Shown one piece after another: positions 1 to 10,250 of a stretch of DNA of 64,000 bases. Position 1 is the first letter of the stretch. The number at the start of each line of letters is the position of its first letter. This stretch comes from Okamejei kenojei. Its lineage: Eukaryota. Position numbers and translations under genes: made by a program. The stretch is taken from NCBI GenBank assembly GCA_035221665.1, contig CM069160.1, positions 10,168,001 to 10,232,000 on the forward strand. The letters are read 5' to 3'. The notes beneath the pieces were generated by a model that was not told the origin of the DNA, did not search any database, and saw nothing but the letters and a program-made list of their open reading frames with translations.

Positions 1-196
1 AATATATTGTGTCACTCTGCTGTGTTTCCTCGTGAAATGGAAGGTGACATTTGGTCAATTAATGTTGAGTCCTGAAGTGCAGAAATATGCCATTCGGCCC
101 AACATGTCCATGCTGGGCTCTGTATGTATCTACACTTATCCAATTTGCATGTATTTAAGCCGTAGCTTTCAATACCTTGGCAATTAAATTTGCATA

Positions 197-395
197 TCTT
201 TCATTCATTGTTCATTATCTCTCCACATCACCATCTATATCTCTCGTTTCCCTGATCCCTGACCAGTCTGAAGAAGGGTCTCGAACCGAAACGTCGCCTA
301 TCTCCTTCGCTCCTTAGATGCTGCTGCACCCGCTGAGTTTCTCCAGCTTTTTGTGTAACCCTCGATTCTCCAGTATCTGCAGTTTCTTCTTTAAC
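197..395 (+). mobile_element. Solo Penelope 3' tail (mirror at ~57965-58160; other tails at ~2070-2195, 4935-5040, 8015-8220)
   Basis: Matches the 3' untranslated tail of the element at 6650-6830. Confidence 0.75.
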
Positions 396-574
396 AATTC
401 AATAGCTCGTTTTGATAATTCTGAAATATTTGGTGAAATTAATGTGCAATCACATAATTCCCATTCCCCAGTACAATTCCCTGCAACCTATTGCATTTCA
501 TGTGTCCATTAACCCTCACTGGACAGAACCAGGTCACCAGAACTAGCGGACAGCGGCACCACTTAGAATGACAG

Positions 575-990
575 ACTTCATAGAGTCATACAGCAAGGGG
601 TGTTGGATACCGACCAAGACGCCCCATCTGCGCTGTTTCCACTTGTCCGCATTTGGTCACCTAGTTCTAAAATTTTCTCTCCACGGATTTGTTCAAATAT
701 CTTTTAAATATTGTTATGGTATCTGAATCAGCTACCTCTCCTGGCAGCTCGCTCCATACACCCACTATCAAAGTTGCCCTTAATGTTCATATTAAATCTG
801 ATCCCTCTCGCCTTCAACCTATGCCCCCGCATGCTCAATGCCCCACTCAGGGTAAAAGACTGAGTATTCACCTTCACATTTCGTGACATTATACACCTGC
901 AATAGATCATTCTTCAGACTCCTGCGCTCCAGTGAGTGAAGTCCTCGGCTGCCCAACCGCTCCAAAGATCTCAGGTCCTCGACTACTGAG
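575..990 (-). mobile_element. Old CR1 3' fragment in intron 2 of gene A; mirror ~57360-57780
   Basis: ctggagcgcaggagtctga (LERRSL), FKRYL-like segment and catagagtcatacagc tail. Confidence 0.6.
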
Positions 991-1074
991 CTCTATACAG
1001 CTGCCCACTTATTACACACATCACAGGGATCAAATCTACACAAAAATAATTAAATCGATAGCACAAAGCCTGAC

Positions 1075-1170
1075 CTGAACTCCAGAAATGCTCTCTTTTT
1101 GTTTCTGCTCCATTTGCTCGATCTCTGATTTCTTTTCTGTGAGAGAGTTGAAAGAAGATTTCACCTGTTC
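1075..1170 (-). CDS. TRIM gene A, coding exon 2 (coiled-coil); remaining exons lie left of the window
   Basis: CCCCAG|GAACAG...GTTCAG|GTCAGG; 96 bp, phase 0, EQVKSSFNSLTEKKSEIEQMEQKQKESISGVQ; 96 bp is the typical class IV TRIM exon-2 size. Confidence 0.9.
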
Positions 1171-1260
1171 CTGGGGTTGGGTTTCAGATCAGAAAATGAA
1201 AATATCAGAAAATAATGAAAAGATTCGACAATGATGTGATCAAAATTGGTTTGGTTTTAC

Positions 1261-1671
1261 CTTGTAGAATTCAATTGCTTCATCTACCGGCATGAAGCTG
1301 TGAGACTTGTGTTCCCGCCCAGCTGCACAAATCACACAGATCAGTTTCTTGTCCGTTTCACAAAACAGCTTCAGTTCTTCCTGATGTTTCTCGCAGTGAA
1401 GTTTACTTTCCTTCTCTTTGAGATTCAGGCTCAGTGCTCGAGCTTTCTCAGACAGTCTCGCCAAGGCCCGATTCACCCTGAGGCTGCGGTCCACAAACTC
1501 CTCTCTACATTCCGGGCAGGAGTTACTCGCCTCCCTGTCCCAACTCTGTGTGATGCAGGAGCGGCAGAAGTTGTGCCCGCACTCCAGTATAACCGGGTCG
1601 GCGAAGAAATCCAGGCAGATGGGACAAACTGCCTCCTCGGTCCAACTCTCCACCTGGTCTTTCGAAGCCAT
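1261..1671 (-). CDS. TRIM gene A, coding exon 1 (RING C3HC4 + B-box2); class IV TRIM, TRIM39/A33/NF7-like
   Basis: [36 protein letters not shown] and CEKH..CETD..CVIC..HKSH B-box2; 411 bp open exon ending AAG|GTAAAA donor. Confidence 0.95.
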
Positions 1672-1746
1672 TTTAAATCCTCCTCTTCCTGGTTCAAAGT
1701 GTTTTCACCGACGTGGAGCTGCTGAATATGGTCATGGACACGTGAC

Positions 1747-2060
1747 CGTCACGGTGACGCGGCGGCAGAGTTGCTGCCTTGCGGCGAATGCAGCGCCTCA
1801 CAGACCCGGGTTCGATCCTGACTACGGGTGCTGTCTGTACGGAGTCTGCACGGTCTCCCCGTGATCTGCGTGGGTTTTCTCCGAGATCTTCGGTTTCCTC
1901 CCACACTCCAAGGTTTGGGAAATGTAAAAAAATGGCTTGGTAAATGTAAGAATTGTCCCTAGTGTAGGACAGTGTTAATGTCCGGGGATCGCTGGTCAGC
2001 GAGGACCTGGTGGGTCGAAGGGCCTGTTTGCGCGCTGTATCTATAACCTAAATTAAACTC
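1747..2060 (+). mobile_element. tRNA-derived SINE (HE1/V-SINE-like); mirror ~56262-56565(-)
   Basis: A-box-like cgcggcggcagag, B-box ggttcgatcc, V-domain-like ctccccgtg..gcgtgggttttctcc..tttcctcccacactccaa, CR1-like tail ending in taaa-type repeats. Confidence 0.8.
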
Positions 2061-2073
2061 AACCCCTCCCAGT

Positions 2074-2101
2074 CTGAAGAAGGGTCTCGACCCGAAACGT
2101 C
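2074..2101 (+). ncRNA. Minimal hammerhead ribozyme-like motif (representative copy)
   Basis: CTGAAGA-A-GGGTCTCGACCC-GAAAC-GTC: CUGANGA and GAAA core boxes, stem II GGGT/ACCC, palindromic ACGT stem III, GUC site; stem I weak. Confidence 0.55.
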
Positions 2102-3569
2102 GCCTATCTCCTTCACTCCTTAGATGCTGCTGCACCCGCTGAGTTTCTCCAGCCTTTTGTGTACCCTCGATTCTCCAGCATCTGCAGTTCATTCGTTAAC
2201 ACACCCTACAGTACCGTGTCGCTGCGCCCGCTGCCGTCCTGGCAATTACTGCCATTTGGCTACAAGTGTTCAGTGTGAAGATGTTCTGGCCGCTTCCAGC
2301 TCATCTCACACGAGGGAGGGGTAGATTGGATATTAAACTGGCCTGAATATGGACGAGATAAGTCAGGACAGAAGGGGACGGGGCCCGGTGCTAAGGAAGC
2401 CTCGGGTGTAACCTGAGGAGACGTTGCACCTATTGGGCAGTGGAACCCGCCGCCCGCATCTCCGTTCACAGCCCGGGATCAGGATGGACCCAGACCTCCC
2501 TCCGCCCTTATTTTTATTCCACAACAGTGCACCTGTCTCTCATGCAGTAGTCTTCGGCGGCAGGCTAATGATCAAGTTTAAGGAAACAGCGCGTGACCAA
2601 TGGAGAATCGAGGGTATTCAGGACCCCGGTGTACAAATAATCCGAGATGCGCCCCAACCAGCTTCTATTTTGCGTGCGATGGCTTGCAGCTTAACCTTGC
2701 ACTGTTTCATGTAATGTGTATTGTCTTTCTGCTGACTGGATAGCACGCAACAAAAGTCACTGTAGTAGAACACGCGACAATAAACTGAACTGACAATCTT
2801 ATTCCCTTAGATAGGCACAAAATGCTGGAGACCGTCTCTACCTGAAACGTCACCCATTCCTTCTTCCAGAGATGCTGCCTGTCCGCTGAGTTACTCCAGC
2901 ATTTTGTGTCTATCTGCGGTTTAAGCAGCATCTGCAATTCCTTCCTACTCCGCATATTCCCCTTGTTGCTTCTCTCTCTGAATTCTGTGCCCATTTGAAC
3001 CGCGCACAGATGGGAAAGACCTCCGCCCCATCCCGCCCACCCCACCGCCCTCCTCACCCCCCTCTCCACACCGGACACGAGCTTGAACCCTCTGTGAAAG
3101 CTTCAAATTCCATTCTCCACGGGAACCTGCACCGCTCTCCGGCCTCACCTCGGCCCGAATCTCCTCATCCTTGAAACCATTCCAGTGAATATCTCCTGCG
3201 CCCTCCCGATGACCCTCGCGTCATTCATTAAGTTTCGTGACCAGAAATAGGTTTGATGCACCAGTTGGGTACAACCTGTGTTTTATAACGATTCAACAAA
3301 ACCTCGGATGATGTACGAAGGAACTGCAGATGCCTGTTAAATCGAAGACATTCACATGGAGTATCCCAGCAGGACAGAGCTCCCGAGGATTTTGAAGAAC
3401 AACTGCAAAGAGAAGCAGGAAAAAGCAGTGACTGGCTCTCGCCCGAGTGGAGGAGAGTTAGAAGTAGGTCAGAGGGAGAAAACAGAGGAATTTGATACAA
3501 TAATACAATGATATAAGTTATTTGTTGTCATATGAACCTCGTGCAGTTCAAACGAAATTTGGATGGTAA

Positions 3570-4922
3570 ATTGGCACATTAGGCAAATTAATCAGTCAAT
3601 ATAAGCGAGACGGCTTCAGCGGCCTTGTGAGGGAAGTGCCTTCTGAGAAAAAGTCTTTGGTTCGAGAGTGCCTCGAAAAGAGTGCCTTGTGAGAAAAGTG
3701 TGAGTCTTTGGTTCGAGAGTCTTCGGCGAGGAGGCAGAGGAGAGGAGGCTAACATAAAGCCGAGAGGACGGAGCGCGGTGAACGCGGTGAACACATGTTG
3801 GAGTAGATGGGACAGTGTGAGGCTTGCAGAATGTGGGAGCCCAGGGAACACAAATGGAGCCTCTGGCTGCTACAACTGTGGCAAGTGCGCCCAGCTTCAG
3901 CTGCTAAATGACTGTGTTGGGGCACTGGAGAAGCAGCTGGATGACCTCAGGTCCATCCAGGAAAACGAGAGTTTCCTGGACAGGACCTACAGTGAGGTAG
4001 TCACGCCTAGGACACGGGAAGAACCAATGTGTGCGACTGAGAGAAAGGGTGGAAAGAGTGCAGAAGACCCAGGTGGCTGTGCCTAATGAAAACAGGTACG
4101 TCCTCTTGGGAGCTGTCCGGGGAGACGATTCCTTGTCCGAGGGGCAAAATAGCAAATAATTAGTTAAGACCAAAATTGGACCCATGAAGACCGAAAAAGG
4201 TGAATTGATTATGGGGAATAAGGAAATTGGAAGATGCGTTGAACAGGTACTTTCGATCTGTCGTCATTAAGGAGGACACAAACAATCTTCCTGATATAGT
4301 GGTGGCCAGAGGATCTGGGTTGATGGAGGAACTGAAGGAAATCCACATTAGGCGAAATTGTGTTGGATAGATGATTGGACTGAAGGCTGATAAATCCCAG
4401 GGCTGATGGTCTGCATCCCAGGGTACTTACGGAAATGGCTCTAGAAATCGTGGATGCATTGGTGATAATTTTCAATGTTCTATAGGCTCAGGATCAGTTC
4501 CTGTGGATTGGAGGGTAGCTCATGTTATTCAGCTTTTTAGGAAAGGTGGGAGAGAGAAAACAGGAAATTATAGAAAGGTTAGCCTGACATCGGTGGTGGG
4601 GAAGATGCTGGAGTCAATTATAAAAGATGAAATAGCCGAACATTTGGATAGCAGTAACAGGATCGGTCCGAGTCAGCATGGATTTACAAAGGGGAAATCA
4701 TGCTTGACTAATTTTCTGGAATGTTTTGAAGATGTAACTAGGAAAATGGACAAGGGAGAGCCAGTGGATGTAGTGTACCTGGACTTTCAGAAAGCATTTG
4801 ATAAGGTCCCACATAGGACATTAGTGGACAAAATTAGGGCACATGGTATTGGGAGTAGAGTGCTGACATGGATGGAGAAGTGGTTGCAGACAGGAAACAA
4901 AGAGTAGGGATTAACGGGTCCC
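3570..4922 (+). mobile_element. CR1-clade LINE: 5' UTR with tandem repeat, ORF1 N-terminus, joined by internal deletion to mid ORF2 (RT start); mirror ~52758-54250(-)
   Basis: YNCGKCAQLQLL..LEKQLDDLRSIQENESFLD (zinc finger/zipper of CR1 ORF1); DWRVAHV..GNYRKVSLTSVVGKMLESII..QHGFTKGKSCLTN..VDVVYLDFQKAFDKVPH. Confidence 0.8.
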
Positions 4923-5319
4923 TTATGAATCTCACTATATCACCGTATATATCTCTCGCTTCCCTTTCCCCTGACTCTCAGTCTGAAGAAGGGTCTCGAC
5001 CCGAAACTTCATCCACTCCTCCTGTTACTCCAGCTTTTTGTGGCCCTCTGCTGACGTTGTACTCTGGGCCTTCATTGATGCGGTTCTGAACTCCCGTTGT
5101 CATTACTGGCTGCAGTTCAATGTGATTTACGCAGGTAAAGCTCTCGGTGGTCTCCGAAAAGAGATGCGAGGACATTGTATAAATGTTAGCGGGTTGTGAC
5201 GCTGCAATGCTGAGAACTCTATGCTGCACATTGTAACTGTCCCTTTTCCCTATCTACTGGAGTTTGACTTGATTGTATTTATCTTGGTACAATCTAATTT
5301 GACTGGTTAGGATTCAAAT

Positions 5320-5650
5320 CAATAGACATTAGGTGAAGGAGTAGGCCATTCGGCCCTTCGAGCCAGCACCGCCATTCAATGTGATCATGACTGATCATTC
5401 CCAATCAATACCCCGTTCCTGCCTTCTCCCCATATCCCCTGACTCCGCTAGATTTACGAGCCCTATCTAGCTCTCTCTGGAAAGTATCCAGAGAACCGAC
5501 CTCCACCGCCCTCTGAGGCAGAAAATTCCACAGACTCACAACTCTCTGTGTGAAACAGTGTTTCCTCATCTCCGTTCTATATGACTTACACCTTATTCTT
5601 AAACGGTGGCCCCTGGTTCTGGACTCCCTCAACATCGGGAACATGTTTCT
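5320..5650 (-). mobile_element. CR1 3' fragment; mirror ~52027-52350(+)
   Basis: SRTRGHRLRI..FTQRVVSLWN..GYGEKAGTGY. Confidence 0.85.
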
Positions 5651-6435
5651 GCAAAGAAAGTAATATATCAAGAATATAAATGGATAACGATTTATCCAGG
5701 AGGCGTGCATCTTATTTAGTCGATAAATTCACTGCACTGCCCCATCACAAACGCTGCTGTGGCTGGCGGAGTGTTCCAGTGATTACAGCAGCCGCCAGCG
5801 AGACCAAACGACGTGGGTTCTGCCTGTGTGGACTTTGTTCATTCAACATCTCCCCACGTGCTTTTCCCGCGGCTGCTCCAGTTTCCGGCCACTTCCCGAA
5901 GACGTGAGAGGCTCTCGGTGAATTGGCTGCTTGATGTGACCCCAGCGTAGGTTGGTGTGGGGGTGGAGGGAAGGGGGAATAGGGTAGGGTGAGGGGAGGT
6001 GATGGTACGAGTGCGAGAAATGAGTGCAGGCAGTGGGGCTGATGGGAATACAGTGAGTGAGTGGCGGCAGAGAGTTGAGACACAAGAGCCAGGAGATGCT
6101 GGAAACTTGAACAAAACATAAATTGCCTGTCGCCTCAACGGGTCAGGCAGCATCTGTGGAGGGACATGGATGTTTCACGGTTCGACGCGTGATCCTCAGA
6201 CTTGATGGACGATTGGCTTCTTGTATATTTAATCGTGCGTAAAAAAGAACAAGCCTTTACAGAATTTCACTTTCAGAACTTGAATTTCCCCTTGAACCGT
6301 GCGGCCGCTTGTAGGACTTGGTACAACTTGATTTTGCTCGTATACTGTGTGATTTGGATGGATAAACGCGAGGCTTTTCACTGTACACGGAAATAATAAA
6401 CCAAACTAAACCAATACCACCATGTTGTTGTCAGC

Positions 6436-6609
6436 NNNNNNNNNNNNNNNNNNNNNNNNNNNNNNNNNNNNNNNNNNNNNNNNNNNNNNNNNNNNNNNNN
6501 NNNNNNNNNNNNNNNNNNNNNNNNNNNNNNNNNNNNNNNNNNNNNNNNNNNNNNNNNNNNNNNNNNNNNNNNNNNNNNNNNNNNNNNNNNNNNNNNNNNN
6601 NNNNNNNNN
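6436..6609. other. Assembly gap next to a (TGAA)n microsatellite
   Basis: N run; homologous gap at 51047-51237. Confidence 0.99.
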
Positions 6610-6649
6610 GGTGAATTCCAGTGAATGTGATGAACAATGAAATAAATGA

Positions 6650-7713
6650 AGGGTACACAAAAAACTGGAGAAACTCAGCGGGTGCAGCAGCATCTAAGGA
6701 GCGAAGGAGATAGGCGACGTTTCGGGTCGAGACCCTTCTTCAGACTGGTCAGGGATCAGGGAAACGAGAGATATAGACGGTGATGTGGAGAGATAAGGAA
6801 CAATGAGTGAAAGATATGCAAAAAAGTATCGGTGATAAAGGGAACAAGCCATTGTAAGCTGTTTGTGGTGTGAAAATGAGAAGCTGGTGCGACTGGGTGG
6901 GGGAGGGAGATAGAGATAGAGGGAATGCCAGGGCCCGAGGGCTGATGGAGAGGTGGGAAGGGGAGGAGACAGCAAGGGTTAACAGAATTGAGAAAATTCA
7001 ATATTCAAGCCCAAAGGATGCAGACTCCCCAAGCGGAATATGAGGTGCTGTTCCTCCAGCTTGCGGTGTTGCTCACTCTGGCCGTGGAGGAGGCCCAGGA
7101 CCGAGAGGTCGGATGTGGGAATGGGAGGGGGAGTTGAAGTGCTGAGCACCGGGAGGTCGGGTTGGTTATTGCGGACCGAGCGGAGGTGTTCGGCGAAGCG
7201 ATCGCCAAGCCTCCGCTTGGTCTCACCGATATAGATCATCTGGCATCTGGAGCAGCGGATGCAGTAGATGAGGTTGGAGGAGGTGCAGGTGAACCTCTGT
7301 CGGACCTGGAAGGACTGCTTGGGTCCCTGAAAGGAGTGGAGGGGGGAGGTGAAGGGACACGTGTTGCATTTCTTGCGGTTGCAAGGGAAAGTGCCCGGGG
7401 AAGGGGTAGAGTGGGAGGGGAGGGAAGAATTGACAAGGGAGTTGCGGAGGGAGCGGTCTTTGCGGAAGGCAGACAGGGGGGGAGATGGGAAGATGTGGCG
7501 GGTGGAGGGGTCACGTTGGAGGTGGCGAAACTGGCGGAGGACTATATGTTGTATTTGCCGGCTGGTGGGGTGAAAGGTGAGGACCAGGGGACTCTGCCCT
7601 GTTTGCGAGTGGGGGAATGGGGAGCGAGGGCAGTGTTGCGGGGTATGGAGGAGACCTGGTGCGAGCCTCATCAAAGTGGGGGAGGGAATCCCCGTTCTCT
7701 GAAGAATGAGGCC
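6650..7713 (-). mobile_element. Penelope-like element, 5'-truncated (GIY-YIG endonuclease + 3' tail/pLTR)
   Basis: ORF 6979..7674: PLVLTFHP..CNRKKCNTCP..FTCTSSNLIYCIRCSRCQMIYIGETKRRLGDRFAEHLRSV..LGSLHPLGLN; tail carries CTGAAGA..GAAAC motif. Confidence 0.92.
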
Positions 7714-7967
7714 ATGAATGAATAAATGAATGAAGGAATAAATGAATGATACTTTATTATCACATGGGGCAGGTCACAGTGGGTTTCTTTGTATTCCATA
7801 CACATGTGTGAAAAATATACATCTTCTAGATGCGCCGGGACGCATTCTCAGTGTTGTATACAAAGAGTTACAGATTATTAGTCCCCAAGCCGACCCTGCA
7901 GTGCGTTTTCAGGCAGCAGGTGGGGATCCTGCAGGTGGCGAAATTGCACAGACCTTTGGACAGCTCT

Positions 7968-7987
7968 GCATCGCCATCTGGTGGCTG
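7968..7987 (-). promoter_or_regulatory. CTCF-like motif (mirror ~49625-49645)
   Basis: Minus strand GCCACCAGATGGCGA fits the CCACYAGRKGGC core. Confidence 0.5.
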
Positions 7988-10064
7988 AATGCGGCAATGT
8001 CATGTCCAAGAAGCAACTGCAGATGCTGGAAAAATCGAAAGCAGACAAAAAATGCTGGAGGAACTCAGCGGGTGAGGCATTAGCGGGTGACCCCTGAAGA
8101 AGGGTCTCAGCCCTAAACGTCGCCCTGAAGAAGGGTCTCGACCCGAAACGTTGCCTATTCCTTCTCTCCGTAGATGCTGCCTCACCCGCCGAGTTTCTCC
8201 AGCATTTTTTGTCTACTTGCGGCAATGCAAAGAACATTTCCTGACATGCATGAGGTGGAATAGTGGAGGGTTCCTCAATGCAGCAGCGAGAAATAAACAT
8301 CTGGTCGAAGCAAAAGGATAAAGAACCATTTATGGGGAATAAGTGTCAAGGGCCGTGACCCAGAATCAAGCCGACCTGATGCAGGATTGCAGATTGCAGC
8401 ATCTGCAGACTTTCGTGTCTCCGTGAATTCAGGACTTCAACAACATCAATAACAGAACATGTTTTAATGTGCAGCGGGACTGACAGGGTCAGGGCAAATT
8501 CCGACCAGAGACTCGGAATACCAATTCAAGTTCTCTCTCCGCAGATCCTGCCTGGCCAACTGCGGACCCATCCCAAGCCCACTTGACTATCTCAGCTTTG
8601 TCCACCCACACAACAGAGGTCTGGGCTCAGGCAAAAAAGTCTGAGTCAGAGATTTTGCAACCCACTTAGTTAGGAGCTGGGAATGCTGATTACAAATCTG
8701 GAAGATTACGTACATGGGGGATGGAATGGCAACATTCCTTGAATGAGGAGCGAGGATTATTTACTAATATTGGAGTAGGAAGAGTAAGTGTGGCCCGCAG
8801 TTTAAGGGGGGAACGTTGTGAGGAGTGACATAGATGCAAACTCAGATTAAGGACAAGTAAGAATTTCATTACTCCGCCGCGGGACAGATGACAATTAACA
8901 ACTCATGAATACCCTTTCCCTCTCTTTGACTGCGGGCTGCCATTAAATGTTTCACCTGATGGATTGGGTGAAAGAAGGGAAGATACAGAAGCAGATAATC
9001 AGAGAGGAAAAAATGTCAAAGGGATTGGTTCATTGAAATCAAACCCGCTTACAATATTGTAGGTCAGTAGATTAATACACAGATAGAGAACATTTAAACC
9101 TCTGGTTGTTGCAGTTGGATAAATCCCACGACCAGTAACATTCATAAGAACCGAATAGAAAGATTGTGTTATTTCGAATTATGTGCTTGGTGCTTCTAAT
9201 ACTCCAATTGAAATAAAACCCAAATCGCTTTGGACAGTATAGCTTGCTTTTAAACTCTGTCTGTGAATGTTTCTGTCTGTAAATTGACTCCTGCATTTCA
9301 GTTGCCATTCCTGGCTGCGCTTCAAATCGAGAATTCCAGCAGTAACGCATTTTGGGGTCTCCTAAAAGAGATGCGAGGACATTGTGTAAATGTAAGCGGG
9401 TTGTTGCTGTACGCACTCGATCTTGGAGGGAATATTCCATTTCCGATGCGCAAACAGGGGTAGTGGATAGACGAAGTAGCCGATGGCGTCCGCGGGCTTG
9501 GAATGGATATTGGTCACTCGGCTTGTCTCGAGACGGCGAGAAAGCGAAGGGAAGAGTCGGGGCTCGAGAAGCGGAAAGGTGGGCACTGTTGGAGACTGGC
9601 AGTGAGGGAGATGAAGCGTGAAAGCGGTGACCGAGAGCAGGAAGCAGCACCGGTACAGACATGATGTACCCGAGAGAGAGGTGAGGGAGGGGTCTGGCGG
9701 CGACTGAAACAAGGAATGATCTACGTATCCTACAGAGAGACAGACAGAGCCTGAGCACAACGGGATCCCACCTGGAACCGGGAATTCGGTTTGAACCCAT
9801 TCTTCCACAGATCCGATCCGAAGAAAACTAATCTGTTGTGGGGAGAGGAAATGCTGCAAACACGATATAATTCTAATAGTCGGCGGACTTTACCCGGGGG
9901 AGCCCGGAGCTCAGGACCCGCCGCCCGCGGCCGCTGCTGAACCCGCGGGAAGGGCGATTGTTTCAATCTTTATATTTTCACAAAAGTAATTTCTGTTCCG
10001 TTGCCGGACGCGGTTAACGCGTTAAAATGAACGGATCGACAGACAGCTCTGATTTCAGTTGCTG

Positions 10065-10107
10065 TTTATTTCACTCTTCCCACATTTACATTCCCCCTGG
10101 TTTTATT
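10065..10107 (-). promoter_or_regulatory. Two candidate poly(A) signals (AATAAA) of TRIM gene B
   Basis: TTTATT at 10065-10070 and 10102-10107, ~145-185 nt after the stop; also present downstream of B' and A'. Confidence 0.55.
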
Positions 10108-10250
10108 TCCGCGCTCACTGGGGTTTCACGACGCGGAATTTGGGGATTAAATGGGAGCCGTTCGTTCAGCGCCGACCTGTTGTCCACCGGGTTTCTGCCC
10201 CCACAGCCCCTGAGCCCCGCTCCTGACGCCGGTCCCGGGACCCGACCCTT

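Noticed and set aside
1240-1260. Single-exon 143-aa RING-B-box protein ending VKPNQF*
   Set aside because: Read-through past the GT donor at 1260; a 96-bp exon 2 follows.
1750-1830. tRNA gene (A and B boxes)
   Set aside because: Continues into SINE body and tail; it is a tRNA-derived SINE head.
3682-4086. 134-aa Cys-containing ORF as a host gene
   Set aside because: Fits the zinc-finger/zipper start of CR1 ORF1 and joins directly to CR1 ORF2 sequence.
5745-6153. ORFs of 104-124 aa preserved in both arms
   Set aside because: Arms are near-identical so preservation is uninformative; no recognisable domain; partly repeat tail and low complexity.
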